From positions 132,806,001 to 132,870,000 of the forward strand of contig NW_024704742.1 in the NCBI RefSeq assembly GCF_018977255.1: a DNA stretch of 64,000 nt. The letters run 5' to 3'. A program made the translations under genes and the position numbers. Positions 12,776 to 26,115 of this stretch are shown piece after piece. This stretch comes from Callorhinchus milii (Eukaryota). The notes beneath the pieces were generated by a model. The model saw only the letters and a program-made list of their open reading frames with translations. It was not told the origin of the DNA and searched no databases. Each line of letters opens with the position of its first letter. The first letter of the stretch is position 1.

Positions 12776-15700
12776 CAATAATTCCGGTGATTATCTCACG
12801 TACGGTTTCACCCGCAGTATTTACAGTGAGATTATGTGCAGATTAACTGCTCCAATTCAGCTTTCAACATTACAAGCTGGCTATCAGTGTTGTCTGATAC
12901 CAAACCACCCAGATATGAATTATTACCCCAGCCCTAGTACGTCAAGACAACCTGTTATTTAGCTCTTCAGTTAAAGTGTCAGATAATAGAAAGTATTACT
13001 TCTGAATAGCATTGATTTCAAGTCTCTTTAACACCAAAAAAGGAAATAAAACAGTCAGCAGTGAGGGAACCTGAGGCTTTGGGTGTGATCTCAACACAAA
13101 CTCCTGCTTCAAGTTACTTCCCTAGTGTTTCAAAAAAATTATTCACACATTGTGTCAGATATTTTGTTTCGTACAAGCCTGACTCAATTGATCACACTCC
13201 CCTCGTCTCAAGGGTCAAAAGGTTGTGGGTTCAAGCCCCACTTTGGGACTTTGAACTCACAATCCGATGACCCTTCACACTGATGATGTGGGGTGGGGCT
13301 GGGGGAGGGGAGAACACTCAATTTGTCAGATGTGCCCTCTTTCGGATGAGACGTTAAACCGAGAACCGTCTCCCTATAAAGATGGACATTAAAGATCAAT
13401 CTTTATAGGGATTGATGTTATGATTATGTTCACTTTATAGTGAACAATCCTGCAATAAATAGTTCATTCACTCAATAGCTGTTTGTGGAACTTTTCTGTG
13501 TGCAAACTGGCTGCCGCGTTTGCAAACAGTGCACAGTTTCCGTGACCCTATCACCCCCACCCTCGCCCGACTCCACTGGCTTCCCATCACACAGAGGATA
13601 CAGTGTCATGTATCCACCCTCCCGATCCCGACCCCCAGCTTGGTCCGAAATATTGATTGTCCAGTGCATTTGGACGTCCTCCCGACGTGAAAGACGCTAT
13701 ACAAATTTAATTTTGTCGTTGTTGCTGCTACACCTGACAGTTTTGATGCTCCATCTATATTCATTGCAAGAATATTTCATTGCTAAAATCAGTGAATGAT
13801 GTACAACCAACTCCACTGATCCAGTGACTCAAGATCATCCTCTTACCCTTCCTCTCCCGATTTTCTTTATTCGGCCGGGTGTCTGACACGTGAGAAACCC
13901 AGCACCATCCTTAAGAGATACACATACACAAGCCATCTCCGTGTGCAAATTTCCCTGTGCCCTGTTTAATACAGTACAAGGCAATTTACGTGGCGGCTTT
14001 CATGGCAGGAAGACATCATAAGTGCTTTTATTCCACTTATCTGGTCAACTACTAAGCAGGTTACGAGAAAAATTCCCTTCTCTGTTCAAGTTATGCCACG
14101 GAATCTTTAATTTCAAGGGCGTAGAAACATAGACTATTCAAGGCCTAAAGTCTGTTCCGCCATTTTATAAGATCATGGCTGATCTGTTAAGATGATGGCT
14201 GATATGGCAAAGAAGGGAATTCTTAGTTTAATGTCTCAATCCTGTGTTTGAGTTGTGTATGTGTGCATGTGCAAGGTACCTTCAGGACAAGACGGGGGGG
14301 AAATTGCAAGGAGGTTGTTTACAATGGACAAATCCAAATCCCTGACTATCCAAAGCCTTGGGACGTCCTCCCAACATGAAAGGCTCCATACAAATGTAAT
14401 TTGTTGTTGTTAAAATGAACCCACATGTCCACACAAGCGACGCTCAGTAACACTGCAAATCCAAAACTCAGCATATGTATGTGTATTTTTACACGTGTGT
14501 GTCTGTTTGTGTGAGTGTGCGTGTGAGCAGGGGAGGGGGAGAGAGAGAGAGCTGAGTAGGAGGAGGAAGAATCAAAGACAACTATGGGAGACTGTGCAAC
14601 ATATGTGGTAACTAGGCACAAAAGGGCAGGTCAAACCAAGACACAGCTTTCTCACACCAAGCGGAACGCTGCTATCTCTTTAAAGAATGCAACGTTTCAG
14701 GAAACAAAAAAAGCTTTATCAAAAATCGCTCTCAAAGCCCAGCATTTCTCTCCCCTGCCCTGCCCAGTCCTGCCCCACCCTCCCAATAAATGTGGTGTTC
14801 GTCTGTCTGTCATGTCTGTAGAGGCTACTGACATTCCTCGGTGATTGATTGCTTTTACACACGATCCCAGGGACGTGAGCTCACTCCCTGACAAGTCTGT
14901 TTTTATGTAAATCCTCTTTTTCCATCCATTGCCCACCCCCTATCCCATCCTTCCTGCCCCCAGGAAAATAGTGAACAACACCCAAGCCATTTATCAGTGT
15001 GCAATATGTTCAATCAAAGAATAGAGGGTGGATTTGTTAATCGTAATATTTAGTTATTACTGCATATAATGTGGTTAGGGTTTGAGAACAGGGGTTGAAG
15101 AATTTAGTCTTACACTGCTAACCACGCAACACTGTGCGCGGAAACATAGTTAACGGAGCATACTTAACCGCACGCACGAGTGAGCCACATGCCTTATATT
15201 GTCCACAAAACGCACAGGAATTACACTTTGCAGTGAGTTCTGCAGAGGGAGTTTCTCCTGATACCTTGGCCAACATTCCCCCAGATAAACCTATTTACTT
15301 CAAGGCTGCTCGTGCAACATTGCTGTGCGCAAACTGGCTGCCACATTCGCCTACAGAGTACACAGTCACCACACTTTATAGTAAATCCTGTGAAGCGCTT
15401 GGAGATGCATTGACTACGTGAAGAGCTCTGTACCAAATGCAGAGAGGATTATTATTTATTCACAGTAATTCCTGCGAAGCACTTTGAGACGTCCGCCCGG
15501 GGTGAAAATCGCTCGATCAGACACAAGCCTTTTTGCTGTTATTTAAATTGTCACAATGTTTACAGTGGCCGGAGGTCATTGGTTATTCAGCCCACATCGA
15601 GGGCTGAGACAGAGAAACAATTAAACACAACTGATCAATACCATCGCTCATTACAACTGCGGGTCATATCAAATCATGTAAAAATTATATCAATGTCACA

Positions 15701-16813
15701 GCCAATTTGCCTCCGTATGAATAACTGGCCACTTGGCAGCTCACCAACCTTAGTCTTGGAGTCGATCCAAAATATATACACACATACACGCACGTGCACA
15801 CACACACACTAGTGGGACATTGCTGTGCGCAATTGGCTGCCGCATTCGCCCACAAACATACAGTCAATTCACTTTACAGTATATTCTGTGAAGCGCTTTG
15901 GGACGTCTAGAAGACGTGAAAAGCGCTATATCAAAATGCAAGGATTATTATTATTATAACACAGGAGCCGTCAAGGCACACGTTATCTACGTGGTGCTGC
16001 TGTGTGTCTGTGCGCCAGCAATGGAAGGCAGGGAGAGAAAGAGAGAGAGAGAGAAAAAGACAAAAGAGAGTACAGTAGCTGATAAAGCACTGGATTGACA
16101 GTAATGTGGAGCCATTGCAGGCGAAACCCATCAGTCAATTTGTGCACTGCGATGTCTCTCAAACAGGTGTGAAGGGAATGATCTGTGTTTTTTTTATCTG
16201 GGGGATTGTTGGCCAGGACACCAGGAAAAAATCTCTTTTCAATTAGCGCCATGGGATCTTTAATGTCCACCTGAACAGGTAGTTGGGACCTCGGTTTGTT
16301 GTCCCATCCGAAGGACGGAACCTCCGACAATGCCGTGCACCCCCAGCCTAATCATGAGCTCCATCCAAGTCTCGAACCCAGAATATATTGTAAAGTGGAT
16401 TGACTGTGTATTTTGTGGGCGAAACGCTCAATGGCCACAACACAGACTAACAAATAGGATTAAATGGCCTGTTAGAAAATGATTGTCTATTTGTACTTAT
16501 TAGCGAGGGCAGTGTATTACCTCCTGGTATTTAGTTACAAAAGAGAAACAGATAAGCCTTGTCCTAACCTACTGCTGTACTGGCAGGTTGCCAGGTGAAG
16601 TGTGAGACTTGTGTTTGGCTGCCAGCAAAACCCAATTTGTGTCGAGGTGGTTTGTCTAAAGAGCTTCAATCTGCTGAGATAAACACAGCCCTGAGAGAAT
16701 AACACAGCCATGTCATGGGAGGCTAGGACTCTCAGCTTCACATTTCAAGGATTCTGTTAACACAACCACTGTCCTGTTCCACCCTCCACTCTCAGGATTG
16801 CACCACAACAGAA

Positions 16814-17645
16814 ATACAACAACAACTTGGATTTATATAGCGCCCTCCACGCCGGACGGCGTCTCAGAGCGCTTTACACTAACAGATCCCGGGACCAAGC
16901 CAGGGGGAGGGGGAGGAGGGTGACCAAAGGCGCGGTCGAAAAGAAAGGTCTTCAGCGGAGACCTGAAAATGGGAAGGGAGGGAGCGAAACAAAGGGAGTG
17001 AGGAAGGCAGTTGCAGAGCCTCGGGGCACAGTGGCTGAAGACACGACCGCCGAGGGTGGAGCGGAGGACTTGGGGGATGAGGAGGAGGCCAGACCCGGAG
17101 GAATGGAGGCAACGGGTACTGTTTTGAGGAGAGAGGAGGTCAGAGAGGTAGGGGGGGTGCAGAGGAGTGCAGGGACTTGAATACCAGGGTGAGGATTTTG
17201 AAATCGATCCTCTCTGGGACAGGCAGCCAGAGCGGTCTGGCAAGGACTGGGGTGATTGGGGAGCGGAGTTTCGTACGGGTGAGAATGCGGACGCAGAGTT
17301 TTGAATGATTTGGATTTTATAGATGGTGGTGGATGGGAGACCGGCGAGGAGGGCATTGGAGTAGTCCAGCCGAGAGGTGACAAAGGCATGGACCAGGGTT
17401 TCAGCGGCTTTTGGGGAGAGGTATTGGCGGAGACGGGCGATGCGTCGGAGATGGAAGAAGGCGATGCTGGTGAGGATTGGATGTGGGGGAGGAAGGATAA
17501 TTGGGGGTCGAACCTGACGCCGAGGTTGCATACGGGTTCAGAGAGTATTAGGGGGAGGTCGGGTAGGTGGAGGAGGTGAGAGCCGTGAGATCTTAGACGT
17601 TGACGAGAGCCAAAGAGTATGACTTCCGTCTTGTTAACGTTCATA
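16814..17645 (-). mobile_element. L2 LINE 3' fragment, the longest in the window, frameshifted
   Basis: NVNKTEVILFG...VCNLGVRFDPQLSFLPHI, then AFFHLRRIARLRQYLSPKAAETLVHAFVTSRLDYSNALLAGLP; same tail as 6981-7425. Confidence 0.92.
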
Positions 17646-19169
17646 TTGCCCATGCCTGCTTCAAAACGATAATAATCAACAACAATGCTTAGCAATTAAT
17701 AATATTATTAATAAATATCAACCACCAGCTCGGATGCAAATCCTTGACTGCCTAATGCCTTGGGATGTCCTCCCGATGTGAAAGGCGCTGCACAATGTAA
17801 TTTGTTGTTGCGATCAATACAGCGCCTTCCACATCAGCAATATGTCTCAAAGTGTTTCACAGGCTTAATAATAAACCTTACATGTGTTACAGCGCCTTTC
17901 ACGTTGGGAGATATTGTAAATTGCAGTGATAGTGTATTCGTAGGTGAATGGGGCAGCCAATTTGCGCACAGCAACAAACAGCCATGATGGCAGTTTTAAT
18001 GAAGTACTACCCCCACTTTGCCCCCCACCCACGACTGCTGAATGACTGAAGTACACACATAAAAGTAAAGCCCTAATTCACAAAGGCCACATTATTATAA
18101 TGATATAAGAATCCTTTCATTTGATATAGCGTCTTATCACGCTGTCGAGGTGTCTCAAAGCGCTTCACAGGATTTACTTTAAGGTGGTGTGACTTTGTTT
18201 TATGTGACTGAACACGGCAGCCAATTTGCACATAACAATGTCCCACCGACAGCCATGGAGTGAAAGGCCAATTTTATCAGGATTCTGTCTGTACACCTTT
18301 CAGAGGTAGTGGGACTATATGATATACATTGAGACTCAGGCGGGTGTGATACCCTGCATCAAGACTTCGACACTCCTCTCAGGGCTGGGAGAGAGCTGCA
18401 GGGTTGGAGGCGCGTTGCTTCGGATGAAACGATTTAGAACCAAAATTCCATCTGCCTGTTCAGGTGGGTGGCAAAGAACCCCACAGCACTATTCAAAAAG
18501 TGGAGAGGAGTTTCTCTCCGGGTCCTGACCGGGCATAAGCGCCCCAGAAAAAAATTGGTTGATCGCTTACTTCGTGGCTTGTTTGTGGGACATTGCTCTG
18601 TGCAAACGGGCTGCCTTGTTCTCCCACAAACACACAGTCAGGAGGGATGAGATTAAAAATGACAAATCAAGATGTGGTGCCTCTCTCCTGGTTATTTAGT
18701 GTTTGATAAAGTCAGCACCTGCAGCTCTCAACCTTGAACTATTGAAACCCCATAAAATCCTATAGACTCGCTGACCCTCTGTTGCATGCTGCTCTTTTAT
18801 TAACCCTTTAATCACCAGCTAGGCCAGGCAAATGCACGTTTCACCCACACAAAAGTTTTGCCCACAAAATATACAGTCAATTGACTTTACAGCGTATCCT
18901 GTGAAGTGCTTTGAGACGTCTCGATGACATGATCATAGCGCCTTGTCACTTGAGGAGGACAGACATCTCAAAGTGCTTTATGGGATTTTACTGTCATGAA
19001 TAGTGCACAGCAACGCCCCACAATAATAATGTAACAATAATAATTCTTGCATCTGTTTCAATGCTCGCCTGTAACATCGCATCTCAAGGTGTTTCACAGT
19101 GAATTGCTATCAAGCAATTAATTGCTGTCAAGTGATTGTCTGTCATAATAATCATTGCATGTTATGATG

Positions 19170-19565
19170 CAGAACTTTATCACATCATCAGTCTCAGAGC
19201 ACTTCATGGTAAAGTGTAGTGACTGTGTATTTGGTATAGAAACACAACACTCAATCTGCATGCAGCAGTGTCCCACAAACAGACATGAAGTGAGTGGACT
19301 AATTTTATTTGGAGGATTGTTGTCCAGGACACCGGGTCAAATAGTACCGTGGGATCTTTAAAGTCTACCTGAACAGGTAGATGGGATTTCAATTTCATGT
19401 CTCATCCAACAGACGGCACCCCCGACAACGCAATACCCACCTCGCACTGCGTTGAAGTGTCAGCCTTGACTCGGTGAGTTCAAAGTCCCGACGTGGGGTT
19501 TGAACCCACAACCTTCCGACTGACTCGGGAGGCGAGAGCATGACTACTGAGTCAGGCTGACACCA
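19170..19565 (-). mobile_element. Deu-domain SINE
   Basis: Head at 19495-19563 (tgaacccacaacc...ggctgacac on +), Deu core and tail. Confidence 0.75.
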
Positions 19566-22500
19566 AGTCAGAAGCCAAGCCTGCGCCAATCGGTCACATA
19601 TTCCACTTCACGCGCCACTTTTCAGAATTAATTTTACACACAAAGGCAAAATGGGTGCAAGTTTGTGCAGTGAGTCAGATCAAATTCCGCAGTAACCTTT
19701 CAACGGTCACTACTTTATATAGCGTTCCACGGGATATTTTTATTCGTGTGAACTTAATGACCGAGGCTCTATGTATCCAGGCCACCACGTCAGCAGACCA
19801 TTTAATGTGTAACGAATGTGTAACGAAACTCAAAATGTGTTCAGTATTATTCCTGCGCGATTCACAATTTCTGCTTGTGCGGTTTCATTCACATACTACA
19901 TTAAACCGTGACCTGTTCACATCACAGCACCCCCGTGACTCTTCTTATTGCGAAACAGAATCTCACAGTTGAAACTGGAAATGAGAATCGCGATAATGAT
20001 ATAATAATAATCCTTCTGTTTGGTACAAGGCCTTTGACGTTAGGAGAACGTCTGAAAGCACTTCACAGGATTTATATTAATAATAATAATCATGCTAAGT
20101 AAATAATAATGATAATCTTTGCATTTGATATAGTGCCTTATCACATCACTGAGACGTCTCAAAGCTCTTCACAGAATGCATTGCAAAGTGGACTGACTAT
20201 GTGTTCTATGGGCGAAATTTTGTGTATTTTACTGTAAAAGGCAGTAAAATAAATTTCTGAACGCGTATTTTGTAGGGAATGCGGCAGTCAATTTGCAAAC
20301 AACGACATCCTACAATCAGCCATGAAGTGAGTGACCGATTTTATTTGGGATTTTTGATGACCACAACATCAGGAGAAGCTCAAAACTCGTTAACTTTTGT
20401 ATTTTGTATGACACTTACAACACGGAAGGTGTCCATTCAGCCCATTGCGACTCACCTTAGGCTATGCGACCTGGGGCTTGAACCCACAACCTTCTAACTC
20501 AGAGGCGAGGGTGCTATCACTGAGCTAGCCTGACAAATGCAAGGATAGTAACATCAACAACAACTTGCATTTGTATAGCGAGGTTAGCGTCCCAGAGCGC
20601 TTGACAGTGGCGGAGCACGACTCCGAGCAGGAGGGACGGGTGAGGTGGACCGTAGGCATGGTCGAAGAAGGTTTTCAAGCGCGATCTGAAGGTAGGGAGG
20701 GAAGGGGCAAGGCGAAGGGATACAGGAAGGGTGTTCCGGAGTTTCGGGGCGGAGTGGCTGAAAGTGCGGCGAAATGGAGACCACGCAAGATATGCAGGAG
20801 GCCGGAGCCAGTCGAGCAGAGGAGGCAGCGGGTAATGGGTTGGGGGTAAGCAGGTCGGAGAGGAAGGGAGCTAGGACTTTGAGGGATAATAATTCACAAG
20901 CCTCTCAAAGTTTGCACTCGACTCGCAGAGAGAAAGACCTAATTACATTCTAATTTTAAGACAGGAAGCCTGACCTGATTTTCACCTAGTCGGGGAGAGT
21001 GGGTGAAAGAAAAAAAATACCCTTGATCACAAAATTCATCAGAAGATAAGAGGCACTTTTTGAAAGTACGAAGGACCTGAAAGTGTTTGGGTTTTTTTTA
21101 AGCGAGAAAGAACGTGAAAAAGAAAGTAAAAAATGATATTTGATCTTCAGAATGTGCAAAATTTACAAAACGCAGGAAAAGATTAATCAGACACTACAGG
21201 TCAGCTATTTTGCTCTTTTGAAAAATGCTGATCCCACACAGCAAAGATATCTGACATCAAACAGTAAGCTCTAGGTCTCACAATAGAAACCCTTTAGTAG
21301 TGCTGCTTAATATTACCAGAAGAGAGCAGAGCAATGCTTTCCCATTATTATCACATAATCTTTCGAATTCCATTTCATTCGGATGTGGCAGCCCGGTTCA
21401 GTTGGTAAGCATTCTCACCTCCAAAGTCAGAAGGTTGTGGGTTCAAGCCCCGACACAGGACTTTGAACTTACATAGTAATTAATTATAATAAAATAATCC
21501 TTACATTGGATATAACTGCTTTTCACGTGGTCAAGACGTCTCAAAGTGCTTCACAGGATACCCTGTAAAACGGATAGACTGTATTTAATGGGCAAAAGGC
21601 AGCAGCCAATTTGCACATGGTAGTGTCCCACCAACAACCATGGAGTAAGTGGACCAATTTTATTTGAGGGATTGTTGACCAGGATACTGGGAGAAACTCC
21701 CTTCTATAGTCTAGAACGGCCAATTGAATATAGCATTAAAGAGCACTGCATTGTCAGAGGTGCTTGTTCTTCAGATTATGTTAAATTGAGGTTAAACAGG
21801 AATTTTACGATTAAATGATTCAATCAAATAAATAATTGGTGCATGTATTTTAGGCCATCACCGCAGTCAATAGTCTTCGAGCACTATCCCACAAACAGCT
21901 GAAATTGATGATCAATTTTTATATGGGCGATTGTTGGCCACAGGACACAGGGAGAAACTCCATCCAGTTTTCAAATGGATCTTTAGGATCTTTAACATCC
22001 ACCTGAACAGTCAGGATCTTTGTTTAACGTCTCATCTGAAGGACAGCACCTCAGACAATGTAGAGCACCCCAAGCACTGCATTGCAGTCAAAGTCCTACC
22101 ATGGGGTTTGAACCCATAACCTTCTGACTCAAGAGGTAAGAGTGCTACCAACTGAGCCAGGATGACACTGTTCCAGATACCAGTGGGTGAAATTATTGTC
22201 GATGATAATTAACATTGGTTTGAACATTGGTTTGAACATGACGGCAGGTTTCCGAATGTGTACAGATCCCAGCTGATCACAAAAAATTGTATCAGGCTCA
22301 CCACTGATGTTCATGTCATGGAGTGCATTCAAAGACAAACAACCACATATGTAGGCAGCGCTGATTGAGCAAGATATTTAATGCACTTTGAACCCTGCTT
22401 GAGTGATGGTTGTGATTAACAGATCAGTCTCAGCTTTTATTAGTGTTGAGCCAGTTCCACATTTAGGAGTGCGCAGAGAACACCTGTGTCTGTAGAAGAT

Positions 22501-24129
22501 GCCATCATTCGGTTAAAGAGGTCCTGACTCCCTGTTTAGGTGGATGTTAAAGATCCTACTAGAAAAGAGAAGGCATAGGAGTTCCTAACCAACAATTCCC
22601 CAACCAAAATTGGTCGCTCACTTCATGGCTGTTTGTGAGACGTTACTGTGCGGAAACTAGCTGCTGCGTGACACAGTCACTTCACTTCAAAGTGAATCCA
22701 GCAAAGCGCTTTGAGACATCTTCCTGATACGAAAGTGCGGTATATTAAATGCAAGAATTATTATTATTATTAAAAGAGAGGAAAGGGATAGAGCAATGTG
22801 CTCCATATGGCTCATACGTAAAAAAGGCAGAGATGGGGAAGAGAAAGCTCTCTTCGATTTCATAGTTGATTTGCAGAATTCTATCACCGCTTTATTGGAA
22901 AAGAGAGCAAACTTATGGATTAGTAAGAACAAGCCCTCTGGAGATAAAAGCAGGACTCAGTATTGATGAACACGGGAGAAAATAACACTGGAGAAAGGCA
23001 CCAACACATGATAGGAGAGAGATGGGCGTCACTGGACAATCGACCCAAGGTTATGTAAACTAAATTAAAGGAAAATTTAATTAGCGTCTCCAAAACTACG
23101 TCAGCTTTCCCAGGGTCTACAGCTTTTCAACTTAAAGCAGAGAGTGTGCAAAGTAAGTGGCTTCTTTCGATCAGTGTTGCTAGAGCAAAGTACAGCTAGC
23201 TATTGGAGGGTGGAGCCTCCCACCCTCCCCTCGCCCTTCCTCTTCCTCACTCGCCTCCTCCACACCTACCTCATTCTCCCACAATAAATTCCTTACTCCC
23301 CAATCGAGGTTCGAACTTGATGAACCTCTCTTGCTTGCTTGTACAAACATCATATCTTATAACTTCAATGATAAATAAACCCAGGGCACTGACCTCGTGG
23401 GGCCTTCTAGTTAAACCAGACAAAAAGTGCAATCACTGGCATAAATTATTCTATTCGACAAGCTAATCGAAGTTACCAGTTTTACGACTTTCTACTTAGT
23501 TCCCCTTTTTCCCCTCCACGATGATTTGTAAGGCCAGCTCTTGCTTACTAATGCCTTGGGATTGTCCTCCCCACGTGAAAGGCGCTATACAAATTGTTAT
23601 TTTGTTGTCTGGTCCCTCCGCTCACCAGGCTCCGCACGACCCGCACCACCATCAGCGGTTGGACTTTCGGTCTCTCTGCCCCCACCCTTTGAAAATCCAT
23701 CCCACACTCCCTTCGCCTCACTCCCTCCCTCGCCTCCTTCAAGGCACAGCTTAAGCCCTTCCTCTTCGACTGCGACTTCGGCGACCTCCTACCCCTATCC
23801 TCCCTGCGATTCCAAATCAGGACTTGGGATTGAACCCACAACCTTGTGACTCAGATGCAAGCGTGCTACCATACTTGTACAATACAATTCATATTTACAC
23901 AATGTGCCTTTGCCTGCTGGTAGTGGAGACAAGGGGAGCAGGAGGGGAAAGATGACCAAAAGGGTAATGGAAGATTACAATAACAACTTGCATTTATATA
24001 GCGCCTTTCACATGGTGTAGCATCTCAGATGTGCCTTAGCTGAGGGGAGGGAGAGAAAGAAGTGAGTCAGAGTGGCTCCGGGATGGAGTTTTCAGGAGCA
24101 GGGATAGAATGAATGGCGGAAAGCAGGCT

Positions 24130-24500
24130 CACTAACAAATGGACTGATTGTGTATTTTGTAGGGGATTGCGACAGCCAATTTGCGTACGCAACGTCTCGC
24201 AAACAGCCATGAAATGAATAATCAATTTTATTTGGGGATTGTTGGCCAGGACACCAGGAGAAACTCCTTTCTATTTTCAAATAGCATCATGAAATCTTTA
24301 ATGTCCACCTGAACAGGCAAACGGGGGCTTGGTTTAATGTCTCATCCAAAGGATGGCATCTCTGACAATACAGCGCATTCCCAACACTGTATTGGAGCGT
24401 CAGCCTAGACTATATGAGCTCAGAGTCCTGACGTAGAGCTTGAACCCACAACCTTCTTAATCAGAAACACGAATGCAACCAACTGAGCCAGACTGACACA
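24130..24500 (-). mobile_element. Deu-domain SINE
   Basis: Same head and core motifs as the other copies. Confidence 0.75.
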
Positions 24501-25959
24501 CATATTGAACCCAGACCGCAGTGATATAACAGGGTTGCTCTGCTTGCACTTTCTTCCCTGACATCAGTTTAACTCATCAGAGCAGGGCTTGAACCCAGGA
24601 CCTTCCAATCAGTATGTGTGGATCCGGCACACACTGGATAGCCTCAACAAGCCATCGACTGATATTCACATCATTTCTAATGCGTGCAAACATGCTGATA
24701 GCCATTTATCTCAGAAGCAAATGCAATCTACGCAAGAGAGGCCTGTATTAAACATTCACCGCAACCCAGACAGGAAAAGCAGGTAAATTCAGCAAATTCT
24801 TTCCCCCACGAAAAAGCCCAGAGGTAAAATTCCTTAAACTTTATCATCCATCATTTTATTCCTTGTGTTTGCCCAGATTATAAACCTGCTGATACACACA
24901 GCCGCAGCACAGCTTAATGCAGCAATCATTAACTTTTATAACTGATGATTTTATGGCTGTGAAATATTGTTTGTTACCAATAAATCCGAGTAAATGAACA
25001 AACCAAACAGATAAACTGGTTTGAGGCTTTCTTTAAAGTAACACGCACTGTAGTCAGGAACTCATGAAATCCTGGTCAAGGGTATGTGAGCCAGTGCGTA
25101 ACCTTGGCATTTTGTTTGACTCTCACCTCGGGTACCAAATCTACATCAACCCATGACACTGAGTCTCAGCCTGGCTCAGCTGGTAGCACTCTCGCCCTCT
25201 TAGTCTGGAGGTGGTTGGGTTCAAGCCCACACAATGGGACTTTGAACTCATGTAAATCGAGCCTGACGCTCCAATTTAGTGCTGGGGCTCTGCTGCCTTG
25301 CCAGAGATGCCATTCTTCAATAAATGAGATGTTAACTTGACCGTCTGTGTCCTTTCAGGGGGACGTTGAAGAGTTTGTGACGCTATTCAAAAAGAGGAGG
25401 GCGTTTCTGCCGATGTACTGGCCAACAATCCCCCTGAGAAAACTCGTCATTCACTTTATGGCTGTTTGTAGGACATTGGTGTGCACAAATTGGTTGCTAC
25501 ATTCACTTACAAAGTGCAGTCACTCCACTTTACAATGTAAAAGGTGCTGTGTCAAATGTGAAGATTATTTTCCAATCTTTAGCTTTCGCTACCTCTGTGT
25601 ACACATCATCCCCCACCCGAACCAGACAAACTTCCTTACCCGTGCTCTCACCTCCTCAGTGAAATTGGCAGGCAATTTGCACAAACCAATGTCCCACAAA
25701 CAGTCATGAAGTGAATGGCTACTTTTATCTGGGGGATTGTTGGCCAGGACACAGGAAGAAACTCCCTTCTCTTTTTCAAACAATGCCATGGAGATCTTTA
25801 ACCACCATCTGAATAGGCAGATGGGAATAAGTGTTAACATCTAATCTGAAGGACGGCACTTCTGACAGTGCAACACTACCCACCCCCACCCCAGCAATAG
25901 AGTTGGCCTCAGCCTTGATATCTTCCCTCACCGCGCACACACCCATCCACACCCACACA

Positions 25960-26115
25960 TCCATCCACCCCCTCCCACAGTGAGACAGCCAGCAACACTC
26001 ACTGCTAAGGCTCACATGTAGCACTGACAGGCAACAATGCAAATCATACTGCTAATAGAAGGCAATAAAGAAAATGAGTCAAAATGCCTTAAGGAGAGGT
26101 GGGCAGGGGAGATAA
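25960..26115 (+). mobile_element. LF-SINE-like 3' relic
   Basis: cacagtgagacagccagcaacactcactgctaaggctcacatg...gagtcaaaatgccttaaggagagg resembles the recalled LF-SINE 3' region. Confidence 0.45.

Noticed and set aside
16814..17695. Possible intact reverse transcriptase gene
   Set aside because: 5'-truncated, frameshifted L2 fragment lacking the RT catalytic core.
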